Source: an uncultured Chloroflexia bacterium
GTDB lineage: Bacteria; Chloroflexota; Limnocylindria; Limnocylindrales; CSP1-4
Direction: 5' to 3'
DNA length: 64,000 nt
Assembly (NCBI GenBank): GCA_963828165.1
Contig: CAWHDR010000001.1
Span: 896,001-960,000, forward strand
The position numbers were made by a program, and so were the translations under genes. The first letter of the stretch is position 1; every line of letters starts with the position of its first letter. Positions 17,885 to 27,629 of this stretch are shown piece by piece. The notes beneath the pieces are model-generated. The model saw nothing but the letters and a program-made list of their open reading frames with translations. It was not told the origin of the DNA and did no database searches.

Positions 17885-18556
17885 CTAGCCGATCAGCTCC
17901 GTGGGCGGTCGCGGTGCCGGCGGGACATCCGTCTCGGGCCACGCGGGGTCTCCGGCGGGCTTCGGGGGCGCGGGCGCGGCGCCCGGGGTCGCGGCGTCCG
18001 GGGTGGCGGCGCCCGGAGCCGGGGCTTCGAGATCGGCCCATGGGTCGACGATCACGAGCGGTGCCAGGATCTGGGCTCGTTCGTGGTTCACGGCCACGAG
18101 CTCGGCGGTCTGGCGGGCCTCGCCAAGGACATCGGACCAATACGTCGCCGTGGTGACCGGCACGAACTTGCCGGTCAGCTCCGCCAGGGACACGCGCAGG
18201 TCGTGCCCGGGCATGAGGTAGATGCTCCCGGTCACCTTGAACGGCGGCACGGAGATCAACGCCTGCTCGGCGACCTTGGGCGTCCGAAGCTCCGGTGGCG
18301 TGTCCAGCTTCGTGTCGGCGACGGCGAAGAGGACCGCGTTCAGGTTGATCTGGGCGAACTCGGCCCGGACCGTCTCGCCGCGCGTCCCGAACTCATCCGT
18401 CGTGACGTCGCTGAGCACGATGAACCGGTCCTCGGCGAGGTTCAGGATGTCGCTGACGCGCCGCTGGCGGGTCAGGATCGTGCCGCGAACGATGAACGCG
18501 TCCGTATAGATGGTGAGGGTGGTTACGGGCGGATCGCCCCCGACGCCGTCGAACAT
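17885..18556 (-). CDS. Hypothetical protein with an internally duplicated domain
   Basis: Two similar halves (IYTDAFIVRG...FIVLSDV / ISVPPFKVTG...FVPVTTA); Pro-rich tail. Confidence 0.7.
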   Translation of the reverse strand: MFDGVGGDPPVTTLTIYTDAFIVRGTILTRQRRVSDILNLAEDRFIVLSDVTTDEFGTRGETVRAEFAQINLNAVLFAVADTKLDTPPELRTPKVAEQALISVPPFKVTGSIYLMPGHDLRVSLAELTGKFVPVTTATYWSDVLGEARQTAELVAVNHERAQILAPLVIVDPWADLEAPAPGAATPDAATPGAAPAPPKPAGDPAWPETDVPPAPRPPTELIG

Positions 18557-18593
18557 CGCCGAAGGATACGCGGCCACCGGCGCGATGGGAAGG

Positions 18594-20321
18594 TCATCCC
18601 GTTGCTGGCGGGACCGTCCTGGCGCCAGCGGTCACCAGCAGCTCCGAGCCGTGCTGGAGGCCCTCGTACAGGGCGGTCACCGTGTCGACCGTGTCGATCT
18701 CATCGACCGACTTGTCCGGGCGCAGCGCGGCAATTCGTGGGAAGCGCAGGCTGAAGCCCGAGCCGTGGCGCTTGCTCCGCACGATCACGTCGAACGCGAT
18801 CTCCACGACCACGGTCGGCTCGACCTGCCGGTAGCGGCCGTACGTGGCGATCGTGTGGGCTTCGAACCATTTCGTCATCTCGGCGATCTCGGCGTCGGTC
18901 AGGCCGCTGTAGGCCTTGCCGATGTTGACGAGCTTGTCCGTGGCCGTGTCGCGGATGGCGAACGTGTAGTCGCTCAGGACGCCATGCCGCTTGCCATGCC
19001 CGACCTCGACGCCGACGACCACGCAGTCGATGGTCGCGAGCGCCTTCTTCATCTTCAGCCAGCCGAGGCCGCGCCGGCCCGGCGAGTAGATGCTCGTCGG
19101 ATCCTTGACCATGAGCCCCTCGTTGCGCCGCGCCCGCGAATCGGCGAATGCGACCTCGAGCGCATCGGTGTCGGCTGCGACGCCGAGATGCGAGCGAATG
19201 AAGCGCCCACCGGCATCGGCCAGCGGCAGCTCGATCGCGTCGAGGCGCAGGCGGCGTTCGCGCAGCGGTTCGCGCAGGAGGGGCTCGACGGTGGCATCCC
19301 CGTCGGGATCGTCGCCAGGTCCCAAGGCGAGCAGGTCGAACGCCACGAAGATGACCGGCACCTCCGCTCGGATCGCTTCCGACGGCGACTTGCGCCCGAG
19401 TCGTGCCTGCAGGCTCTGGAACGGCAACACGAGGCCGTCCTTCCAGGCCAGGATCTCGCCATCGATGACCCCGGTCCACCCCAGCGGACGTGCGGCGTCG
19501 ACGACCTCGGGGAACTGGGTGCTGACGTCATTGAGGTCGCGGGAGTAGAGGCGCACGTCGGTCCCACGCTTGTGAAGCTGGGCCCGGATGCCGTCGTACT
19601 TGTCCTCGACCCAGACCTCCGGCCCAAGCCTCCTGAGGATCTCGGCCGCGTCCTCCGCCGGGGAGGCGAGCATGAACTTGAGCGGATGGAAGAGCGCGAG
19701 CTCGGCGTCGTCGAGCTGGTCGTCGCGGGCCAGCTCGGCGAGCCGGCCAACGTCGCCGGTCAGCATGCCCGCCCATTTCACGGCATCGAGCGGACGGTCG
19801 AAGGCCTTGGCGATCGCCGCTTCGACGAGGCCCTCGCGCAGGCCGATCCGGAGCTCCCGCCCGAGCACCTTGACGATGCCCTTGGCCGTTGCGGGATCGC
19901 TCCGGGCGAGGAGGTCCCCGAGCAGCTTGGCCTTGGCGGCCGGGCCGGAGGCGGACTCGACCGCGGCGAACGTGGCCGCCACCTCGGGGAGGCTCGGTGA
20001 CGTTTCGGGTGGCGGTGCGTGGCCCGCGCCGACCAGGACATCCTCGATGGCCTTGCCGAGGTCGGAGTGCCGGTCGTACGCCTCGCCCAGGTCCCCCCGC
20101 GTGACCGAAGCCACGTTCCCGATGGCGGTCATGATCGCCGACCAGCCCAGGCCCGCAGACCGCTGGTCCGCCTCCGGGAACGGACGGCCCGTCAGGAAGA
20201 CGGCCGCGATCGGGAGCTCGTCGGGCGTGAGGCTGCGCAGGTAGTCGGCCAGGAGGGCGGTCTTCTCGGAGGTCCGGGTCGTTGCCGCCACGCGCTCGGC
20301 CAGGTCGCTCCAGCGGCGCAT
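18594..20321 (-). CDS. ATP-dependent DNA ligase (LigB-like)
   Basis: EDKYDGIRAQLHK, DGEI, FDLL, EGLMVK, WLKMK, SLRFPR. Confidence 0.95.
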   Translation of the reverse strand: MRRWSDLAERVAATTRTSEKTALLADYLRSLTPDELPIAAVFLTGRPFPEADQRSAGLGWSAIMTAIGNVASVTRGDLGEAYDRHSDLGKAIEDVLVGAGHAPPPETSPSLPEVAATFAAVESASGPAAKAKLLGDLLARSDPATAKGIVKVLGRELRIGLREGLVEAAIAKAFDRPLDAVKWAGMLTGDVGRLAELARDDQLDDAELALFHPLKFMLASPAEDAAEILRRLGPEVWVEDKYDGIRAQLHKRGTDVRLYSRDLNDVSTQFPEVVDAARPLGWTGVIDGEILAWKDGLVLPFQSLQARLGRKSPSEAIRAEVPVIFVAFDLLALGPGDDPDGDATVEPLLREPLRERRLRLDAIELPLADAGGRFIRSHLGVAADTDALEVAFADSRARRNEGLMVKDPTSIYSPGRRGLGWLKMKKALATIDCVVVGVEVGHGKRHGVLSDYTFAIRDTATDKLVNIGKAYSGLTDAEIAEMTKWFEAHTIATYGRYRQVEPTVVVEIAFDVIVRSKRHGSGFSLRFPRIAALRPDKSVDEIDTVDTVTALYEGLQHGSELLVTAGARTVPPATG

Positions 20322-20347
20322 GGCGGCGATGGTATACGGTTCCGGCG

Positions 20348-21067
20348 ATGCCGCCGCGAACGTGGTTCCCCGAGGTCCTGACCGGTTCCCGGATCGTCCT
20401 GCGCCGACACGTGCCCGGGAACGTGGCGTGGTTTCGCAAGTGGTACGCGGACCCCGAGATCGCCCGCCTGGCGCGCTACCAGGAAGCGCCGATGCGCGCC
20501 GACGAGATCGAGCGCTTCTTCGCCGCGCGGGTCGTCGGCCCTGACGCGATGGCGATGGCCATCCACGAACGCGGCGGTGAGCGGCTGGTCGGGACATGCG
20601 CCTTCAGCCAGCTCGACGGTGAGAACGGCTCGGCGCTGTACCACATCACGATCGGCGAGAAGGACGCGTGGGGGCAGGGCTACGGCACCGAGGCGACCCG
20701 GCTCATGCTCGACCATGCCTTCGGGACGCTCGGGCTCCACCGGATCGCGCTGTTCGTGTTCGAGTTCAACGAACGCGCGATCCGAACCTACAAACGCTGC
20801 GGGTTCGTCGTGGAAGGGCGCTCGCGCGAGTCGATCTTCCGGGACGGACGCTGGTGGGACGAGATCGCGATGAGCGTGCTCGAGTCCGACTGGCGGCGGA
20901 TGCGCGTCGAGGACGCCGAGGAGGAGGGTGAGCGCGCCCTTCTCGACGGCGAGGCGCTGGCATCCCAGGGACGCGATGCCGAGAGTCCGCGGGGCGACGA
21001 GGACGGCACGTCGGCAGGTTCGACGACGACCCGTTTGCTGCGGCGCACGATGCGCAAGCTGCGATGA
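20348..21067 (+). CDS. GNAT family N-acetyltransferase (RimJ/RimL type)
   Basis: IGEKDAWGQGYGTEA, LGLHRIAL.VFEFNERAIRTYKRCGF..EGR. Confidence 0.88.
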   Translation: MPPRTWFPEVLTGSRIVLRRHVPGNVAWFRKWYADPEIARLARYQEAPMRADEIERFFAARVVGPDAMAMAIHERGGERLVGTCAFSQLDGENGSALYHITIGEKDAWGQGYGTEATRLMLDHAFGTLGLHRIALFVFEFNERAIRTYKRCGFVVEGRSRESIFRDGRWWDEIAMSVLESDWRRMRVEDAEEEGERALLDGEALASQGRDAESPRGDEDGTSAGSTTTRLLRRTMRKLR

Positions 21068-21342
21068 CGAGTTCCGGCGCGGCGGCGGACGCGGCCCGGT
21101 CCGACATCCGCGAATTGATCGTCGCCAAGGGCCACAGCGTCGATAACGCCCGGGCCGCGGTCGCCCGGCTGGAGGCGGCCTTTGCCGACGGGTCACTGGA
21201 ACGGACGCCGTCGCTCGACCTGTTCCTTGGCGATCTGATGCGCGCGCTGGAACAGGACGAGGGCGAGAAGCTCGGCGGCAAGAGTGCCGAGGCGGCGCGG
21301 TTCATCCTCCGGGCGATCGATCGGGAGCTGGACCGGGCCTGA
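21064..21342 (+). CDS. Small hypothetical protein
   Basis: ATGA-coupled to the GNAT gene; helical composition. Confidence 0.7.
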   Translation: MTSSGAAADAARSDIRELIVAKGHSVDNARAAVARLEAAFADGSLERTPSLDLFLGDLMRALEQDEGEKLGGKSAEAARFILRAIDRELDRA

Positions 21343-21407
21343 GGGGTCTTCCCGCCCCGCGTGTCCTAGACTTGGCGTTCCACGACGCCCATCGGAGACG
21401 CCCACCC

Positions 21408-22358
21408 ATGACCGACCTCAAGACCGGCATCCTGCTGTGGAGTCAGGCAGCGACCTGGCCGGAGATGCTCGATGCGGCGAAGCGGGTCGATCGGCTGGGC
21501 TACGACCATCTCTGGACCTGGGACCACCTGTACGGGATCTTCGGCGACCCGTACCAGCCGATCTTCGAGGGGTGGACCTCGCTCGCGGCGTGGGCGATGG
21601 CCACCGACCAGACCCGCCTGGGCCTGCTCGTCGGGGCGAACACGTTCCGCAATCCGGGCCTCACGGCCAAGACCGCCGAAACCCTCGACCATATCAGCGA
21701 CGGCCGTGCGATCCTCGGCATCGGCGGCGCCTGGTTCGAGCTGGAGCACCAGGCTCATGGCATCGAATTCGGGACCGGGTTCGGCCAGCGGCTCGACTGG
21801 CTCGACGAGGCGGTCGGCGCGATGCGCGCCGTGCTGGACGGCGGATCGGCGACCTCCGAGCCCGGCGCGCACTACGCGTTCAACGACCTCCGGCATCAGC
21901 CCCTGCCGATCCAGAAGCGCCTGCCGATCATGATCGGCGGCAGCGGCGAGAAGAAGACCCTGCGCACCGTTGCGAAGTACGCCGACATGTGGAACGCCAT
22001 GGGAACCCTGGAGCTCATGACCCACAAGGTCGAGGTCCTGCGCGGTCACTGTGACGCCGTCGGCCGGGACATCGGCGAGATCGAATTCACGCTCGGCGTG
22101 AAGCTCACGATCCGCGACTCGGAGGCCGAGGCCGACCGGGTCTGGAAATCCGCGATGGAGCACAACCGCACGCCGATGGCCGATGTCGAGGACGACGACA
22201 CGTTCTGGAACGGCTCACCCGAGCAGATCGCCGACCGCCTCCGGCCTTACGTCGAGCTCGGGTTCGAAACGGTCATCTCCGAGCAGCCCGCGCCATACGA
22301 CGTCGAGACGTTCGAGCGCTTCATCGGCGAGGTCAAGCCGCTCATCGACCGGGGCTAG
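21408..22358 (+). CDS. LLM-class (probably F420-dependent) oxidoreductase
   Basis: GYDHLWTWDH, RLGLLVGANTFRNP, LDHISDGRAILGIG, PIMIGGSGEKKTL. Confidence 0.92.
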   Translation: MTDLKTGILLWSQAATWPEMLDAAKRVDRLGYDHLWTWDHLYGIFGDPYQPIFEGWTSLAAWAMATDQTRLGLLVGANTFRNPGLTAKTAETLDHISDGRAILGIGGAWFELEHQAHGIEFGTGFGQRLDWLDEAVGAMRAVLDGGSATSEPGAHYAFNDLRHQPLPIQKRLPIMIGGSGEKKTLRTVAKYADMWNAMGTLELMTHKVEVLRGHCDAVGRDIGEIEFTLGVKLTIRDSEAEADRVWKSAMEHNRTPMADVEDDDTFWNGSPEQIADRLRPYVELGFETVISEQPAPYDVETFERFIGEVKPLIDRG

Positions 22359-22373
22359 CGGGCGAAGACGGCC

Positions 22374-23555
22374 TCAGCCCAGGACGGCCGCCAGGATCGA
22401 GCGCGCCTGGAAAGGGGTCGGGAGCCGCGGCGAGTTGCGGATCGCGGCGTCGGCGATGGCGTCCTCGGCGACGATGTCCAGCACGCGCTCGTCGAACCCG
22501 AGGCTCCGCAGGGTCGGTCGCTGGCCGACCGCCTCGCACAGCCGGCGGATCGCCCCGATCGCGACGCCGGCGGCCGTCGCGTCGTCCTCGGTCGGCGATG
22601 CGACCTTGAGCGCCACGCCGACCAACGCGAGCTCGCGATCGCGGATGCCACGGTAGAAGTCGAGCACCTCTGGCAGGATCACCGCCAGGGCCGTCCCGTG
22701 CGGCAGCTGGCCACGCGTTCCGAGCGCGTGGCCGAGGGCATGGACGAGGCCCACGCCGGTGCCACTCGCCTGGCCAACGCCCGCAAGGTGCGACGCGAGG
22801 AGCATCTGCGAGCGCCCCTCGAGGTCCGTGCCATCCGCAACGGCGCGCGGGAGCCACGCGGCAACGGTCCTGATCACGCCCAGCGCCGTCGACTCCGCGA
22901 ACGGATTCGGATTGGCCGACAGCAGCGATTCGAGCGAGTGGGTCATCGCGTCGATGCCAGTGGCGGCGGTTGCGGCCGGTGGCAGCCCGACGGTCAGGGC
23001 CGGATCCAGGATCGTCGCGACCGGGAGCAGCGACGGATGGCCGATGTAGCCCTTGCGGCCGACCACCTCGTCGGTGATGACCCCGAACGAGTTCGTCTCG
23101 GCGCCGGTGCCCGCGGTCGTCGGGACCGCCACGACCGGGCGCCCGGGTGCCAACGTTGCGCCGTCGTACTCGAGCTCCCACACGGTGAGGGGCTCGTTCG
23201 CCGCGCGCAGGTCGAGCGCCTTGGCGGTGTCCATCGAGGAGCCGCCGCCGATCGGCACGACCACGGTCCCCGCGAGGCCGAAGTCCCGGAGCGCGGTCGC
23301 GCCACGCTCCACGGTCGAGGCCGCCGGGTTCGGCTCGACCTCGTCGAAGAGCGCGTGCTCGACGCCCGCGTCCGTCAGGACGGCCAGTGCTCGATCGACG
23401 ACGCCTGAGGCGCGCACGCCCGGATCGGTGACGACGAAGACCCGCGAGCCACCGGCCGCGGCGACGACCTCGGGGAGGCGCGCGATCGCGCCGACGCCGA
23501 AGTAGACCTTGTTGCGCAGCACGATCTCGATCTGGCGACCGGCGAGATGGGTCAC
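22374..23555 (-). CDS. Iron-containing (type III) alcohol dehydrogenase
   Basis: GGGSSMDTAKA, PTTAGTGAE, DAMTHSLES, LVHALGHALG..PHG; GTG start 23555. Confidence 0.92.
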   Translation of the reverse strand: MTHLAGRQIEIVLRNKVYFGVGAIARLPEVVAAAGGSRVFVVTDPGVRASGVVDRALAVLTDAGVEHALFDEVEPNPAASTVERGATALRDFGLAGTVVVPIGGGSSMDTAKALDLRAANEPLTVWELEYDGATLAPGRPVVAVPTTAGTGAETNSFGVITDEVVGRKGYIGHPSLLPVATILDPALTVGLPPAATAATGIDAMTHSLESLLSANPNPFAESTALGVIRTVAAWLPRAVADGTDLEGRSQMLLASHLAGVGQASGTGVGLVHALGHALGTRGQLPHGTALAVILPEVLDFYRGIRDRELALVGVALKVASPTEDDATAAGVAIGAIRRLCEAVGQRPTLRSLGFDERVLDIVAEDAIADAAIRNSPRLPTPFQARSILAAVLG

Positions 23556-23798
23556 GGCAGGATCTCGACGACCTGGTCGATCGCGCGTGTCGCGGCGGAC
23601 CGTCAGCCAGCGCCGGCAGCCCGCAGCGTGGAACCAGCGCTCGGTCGTGACGCCGTCGGGGTTCTCGAAGACCCAGACCTCGTCGAAGTCGCGTTCGTCC
23701 GCGTCGGTGATGGACGCCGGCACCGACCGCCGCTCGCCTCCGAACGTGAACTCGTCGAGCGGGCGTCGCCCGCAGCGCGGGCAGTCGAGCCAGAGCAT
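23552..23798 (-). CDS. soxD: Sarcosine oxidase delta subunit-like (apparent +1 frameshift near its 3' end)
   Basis: CPRCG.R..DEF..GG, ENP.G..ERW.H..GC.RW; removing one base near 23586 restores ...IDQVVEILP-TGA overlapping the ADH GTG. Confidence 0.85.
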
Positions 23799-25018
23799 CA
23801 GCGCGTCCCCGCGGAGCCCTGGTCGGCCAGGACGTGGTCGCGGCGGAATCGATCGAGCGCGAACGGTGCGATCAATGCCGGTGGACGACCCGTGGCGATC
23901 AGCTCCGCCATGGCCTCGCCGCCGGCCGGGATGGCCTTGAAGCCCCAGGTGCCCCAGCCGGTCGTGACGAGGAACCCGTCGACCCCGGTGAAGCCCATGA
24001 TCGGGGAGAAGTCGGCGGAGATGTCGCAGATCCCGGCCCACGTCCGCAGGATCCGCAGGTCGCGCAGGAACGGCAGGAGCCTGGTGACCTTGTACGAATA
24101 CGAGCGCAGCGCCGCGAACGACGACTGGCGCGAGTACGAGGGCTGCGAGTCGAATTCCGCGCCGATGAGCATCTGGCCGCGCTCGGTCTGCGAGACGTAG
24201 CACATGAGCTCGGTGCTCGCGACGATCGGTGAGAATCCCTGGGCGTAATCGTTGGTGACGAAGGCGTGGAGCGGGTGGGTGCGTACGGGCAGGCGGACGC
24301 CCGCATGGGCGGCCATCTCCGTCACGCGGCCACCCACCGCGGAGAGCACCGCGCCCGCGGCGATCGGCCCGTCCGCGGTCTCCACGCCAACGACCCGGTC
24401 GCCGTCTCGGACGAGGCCGGTCACCGGCGTGTGCTGGAAGATGTCGACGCCGCGCTGTGAGGCACCCGAGGCATAGGCCCATGCAACGCGGTCATGTCGG
24501 GCGGTGGCACCTTCGACGTGGTGGGAGCCCCCAAGGACCGGGTAGCGGCCGCCACCGGTCAGGTCCAGCTCGGGGATCAGCTCCTTGAGCTCGGCGGGCG
24601 TGCGCATGAACGTCTGTGCGCCGTTCGCCGTGTTCATGAGGCAGCGCGCGCGCTCGGTACGCATCGCCATCTCGGTATGGGCGAGCCAGACGATCCCCTT
24701 GGTCTGGTGGAGGATCGCGGCCCCGGTCTCCTCCTCGAGCGCCTGGTACATCTCGAGGGAGTGCTGGAAGAAGCGGATCGCCTCGGGGATGCCGTAGTTG
24801 GCGCGGATGATCGTGGTGTTGCGGCCCGTGTTGCCGGACGCGATGTAGTCGGCCTCCAGGACGGCAACATTCGTGATGCCATGGCGGGTGGCCAGGTGGT
24901 ACGCCGTCGAAAGGCCGTGGCCGCCGCCACCGACGATCACGACGTCGTACGACGAGCGGCGCTCGTCCGGCCAGCGGATCGGCGGCAGCGTGTCGGTGTA
25001 CTCGCTCACGACCGCCAT
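23798..25018 (-). CDS. soxB: Sarcosine oxidase beta subunit-like FAD oxidoreductase
   Basis: VVIVGGGGHGLSTAY, GNTGRNTTIIRANY, ARHDRVAWAYA, GWGTWGFKAIP. Confidence 0.92.
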   Translation of the reverse strand: MAVVSEYTDTLPPIRWPDERRSSYDVVIVGGGGHGLSTAYHLATRHGITNVAVLEADYIASGNTGRNTTIIRANYGIPEAIRFFQHSLEMYQALEEETGAAILHQTKGIVWLAHTEMAMRTERARCLMNTANGAQTFMRTPAELKELIPELDLTGGGRYPVLGGSHHVEGATARHDRVAWAYASGASQRGVDIFQHTPVTGLVRDGDRVVGVETADGPIAAGAVLSAVGGRVTEMAAHAGVRLPVRTHPLHAFVTNDYAQGFSPIVASTELMCYVSQTERGQMLIGAEFDSQPSYSRQSSFAALRSYSYKVTRLLPFLRDLRILRTWAGICDISADFSPIMGFTGVDGFLVTTGWGTWGFKAIPAGGEAMAELIATGRPPALIAPFALDRFRRDHVLADQGSAGTR

Positions 25019-25389
25019 CCCAGACGGACTTCGAGCTCGTGGGCGTACGGCGCCGCGGTCAGGAGGAGCGCGTCACCGTCGGCGGGAAGCCACAGTTTCG
25101 CCGGCACCCCGGCGATCGAGCCCTGGGCGAGGGCCGGTCGCTCGCTCGGTAGCGGCCACTCTGTGTAGGGCTCGATCGCGGCCGGGTCGAGCCATGCGCC
25201 GACGAAGCCCGGCTCATCCTCGACGATCCCGTCCGGGTCATCGACGTCGACGGTCCGGGCGCCGAGCCCGAACGCGTCATCCGGGGCGAATCGGAGGATC
25301 GTGACGTCGTCGCCGTGCCACGTGGCGCGGTGAACGGCCGACGGATCCGCCACCACCCGGACCCCGCGCAGCCGCTCAAGCGCGGGCAC
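25006..25389 (-). CDS. Short sarcosine oxidase gamma-like subunit
   Basis: Position between alpha and beta; RFAPDD, AQGSIAGVPAKLW. Confidence 0.6.
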   Translation of the reverse strand: MPALERLRGVRVVADPSAVHRATWHGDDVTILRFAPDDAFGLGARTVDVDDPDGIVEDEPGFVGAWLDPAAIEPYTEWPLPSERPALAQGSIAGVPAKLWLPADGDALLLTAAPYAHELEVRLGWRS

Positions 25390-27629
25390 GGTGGCCCTCC
25401 GGATCGTAGAACGGGGTCGGGCTGACGACGGCCTCGCGGCCTTCGATCTCCACGCGGTCGCGGAACGGCGTCCGTCGCTGCCACCCGAGCATCAGCGCCT
25501 TGCCGAGCAGCGGGGAGGGCCAGCTCCCGGTCACGTTGCCGACGATCTCGCCATCCGCCCAGATCGGCGAACCCTCCGTGGGCGCCGGCCCTTCCATCGT
25601 GAAGCCCATCCAGCGCCGATGGTCATCGAGCTTCGCGGTCCGCTCGAGCGCCGCCCGTCCGATGAACGCCGGCTTTTCCATCCGGACCGCCCAGTCCATG
25701 CCGATCCGGCGCGGCGTCGTGTCGAGCTCCGTGTCCATGCCAACGATGACGTGGCCCTTCTCCAGCCGGAGACCGAACAGCGCCTGGAGCCCATGCGGCC
25801 GGATGCCGAGATCCGCGCCCAGGTCCATGAGCGCGCGCCACAGCTCGAGCGAGCGGTCGACCGGGTGGTGCAACTCGAAGGCGGCCTCGCCGGTGAACGA
25901 GAGGCGCATGACGTGGGATGGCACGCCGGCGATGTCGGCGTGGACGTGGCCCAGGAAGCGGGGCGGGTCGGGGAGGCCGGCACGCTGCAGCAGCTCCCGG
26001 GCGAGGGGCCCCGTGACGTTGATCGCGGCGAGGGACATCGTGCGATCCAAAACGTGGACGCGGAGGCCCCATGTCTCGATCCAGTCGCGCAGCCACATCT
26101 CGGCGTTGGCCGCGCCTCCGGACGTGAAGCTCAGCACGAACCGGGTTTCGGACTCGCGCAGGATCATGCCGTCATCCATGACGTGGCCGCGCTCGTTGAG
26201 GAGCAGCGCATATCGCGAGCGACCCAGCTTGATGTCCGCGACGTGGCACGGATACAGCCGCTCGAGGGCCTCCACGACGTCCGGCCCGGACACCACCAGC
26301 TTGCCGAGCGTGCTGACGTCACCCAGCGACACCCCTTCGCGGACAGCCCAGTACTCCGCGATCGGGTCGCCGTAGTGCCACGGCCGCCACCAGTTCCCGA
26401 AGCGGTCCATCCGAGCCCCGAGCGCGAGATGCTCGTCGTGGAGTGGCGTCCGCCGGAAGACATCCACATAGGTGTCCGCCGCCGCCTCGGCGAGGGTGAT
26501 CTGGCGCGAGGCCGGTCGGGCGGTGAACGGCGCCGGCACCTCGCCGGTCCGCGCCGCGATCCACGAGCGGACGTGGGGCAGGCAGGCTCCGCCCTGGCAC
26601 GTGCCGAGGCACGCCTGGCTCGAGCGCTTCAGCAGCTCGAGCTCCGTGAAGCCCTTGTCCCAGGCGGCCTCGAGGTCCGCGACGGTCGTGCCCATGCACG
26701 GGCAGACGACGCCCGCGGTCGGTGGCGGCGGGAGCGGCCGGTCCCCGGCCGCGGCGCCGACCACGCTCAGCGGCACCTCACCGGCCATTCGGGCGAGGAG
26801 ATCGCGGGGAGCGAGGCCCAGCCCGAGGATCACGGTGTCGGCCGGGGACGTGGTTTCCTCACCAGTCGCTTCGTCGACCGTCACCACCGCGCGGACGCGA
26901 CCATCCTCGGCCTCGAAGCGCACCAACCGCCCTGGAGCGGGTGTGGCCACGACTCCGGCCGGCGGCGTCCCTACCGCCACGGCCTTCCCGAGGGCCACGC
27001 CGGCGGCGTGCAGCCGCTCCGCGGCGCGCCCTGTCAGCAGGCCGCGCAACCCGCTCCCGGGCACGACGGGGTGGATCTCGGCCGCCCCGGTCGCGACCAC
27101 GATCTCGTGAGCGTGAACGTGAAGCATCCCGGCCCGTGTGCGCACGACGAGCATCGGCCCGGCGTAGATCGCCACGACCTCGTCGCCCGCGGCCGCATCC
27201 AGGACAAGAACCGACTTGCCCGCCGATTCCGCGGTCTCCGCCGCCTCGCGTCCCGCCGATCCCGCCGCCGACGATCGCGACGTCGACCTCGCGGCGCGCG
27301 ACCTCGATCCCGCGGGCGGGCGGCGTCGATGTGGCGGCCGTGACCCGAACGACCGGCAGCTCCGGCAACCCTCCCGCCGGATGCGCCACGACCGACAGGC
27401 CGGGCCGCGCCGCCGTCTGGCACGTCCGCACGTAGGCGATCCTGTCGACCTGGGCGAGGCAGTTGCCGCAGTCGCCCGTCAGGCAGATCGTCCCGCCTCG
27501 CCCGGGCGACAGCCCCTCACGGAGCATCGCGATCGCGACGGAATCGCCCGGCTGGAACGCCACGGGTCGCCCATCGACGACGAGCCGCCCGCCATCGACG
27601 GCTGCCGCGGCCGCCGGTCGATCGGTCAC
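25376..27629 (-). CDS. soxA: Sarcosine oxidase alpha-like subunit (2Fe-2S + FAD/NAD + GcvT domains), one apparent frameshift at about 27262
   Basis: N-terminal CLTGDCGNC...RTC, CPC...CLGTCQGGAC, RTPLH, DVSTLGK, RLSFTGE, LRLEKGH, PFYDPEG. Confidence 0.85.

Noticed and set aside
18594-20321. NHEJ system around the ATP-dependent ligase
   Set aside because: No Ku gene or LigD polymerase/phosphoesterase domain nearby.
22374-23798. SoxD-alcohol dehydrogenase fusion
   Set aside because: One extra base explains it; the corrected frame ends in TGA overlapping the ADH GTG in a normal GTGA coupling.
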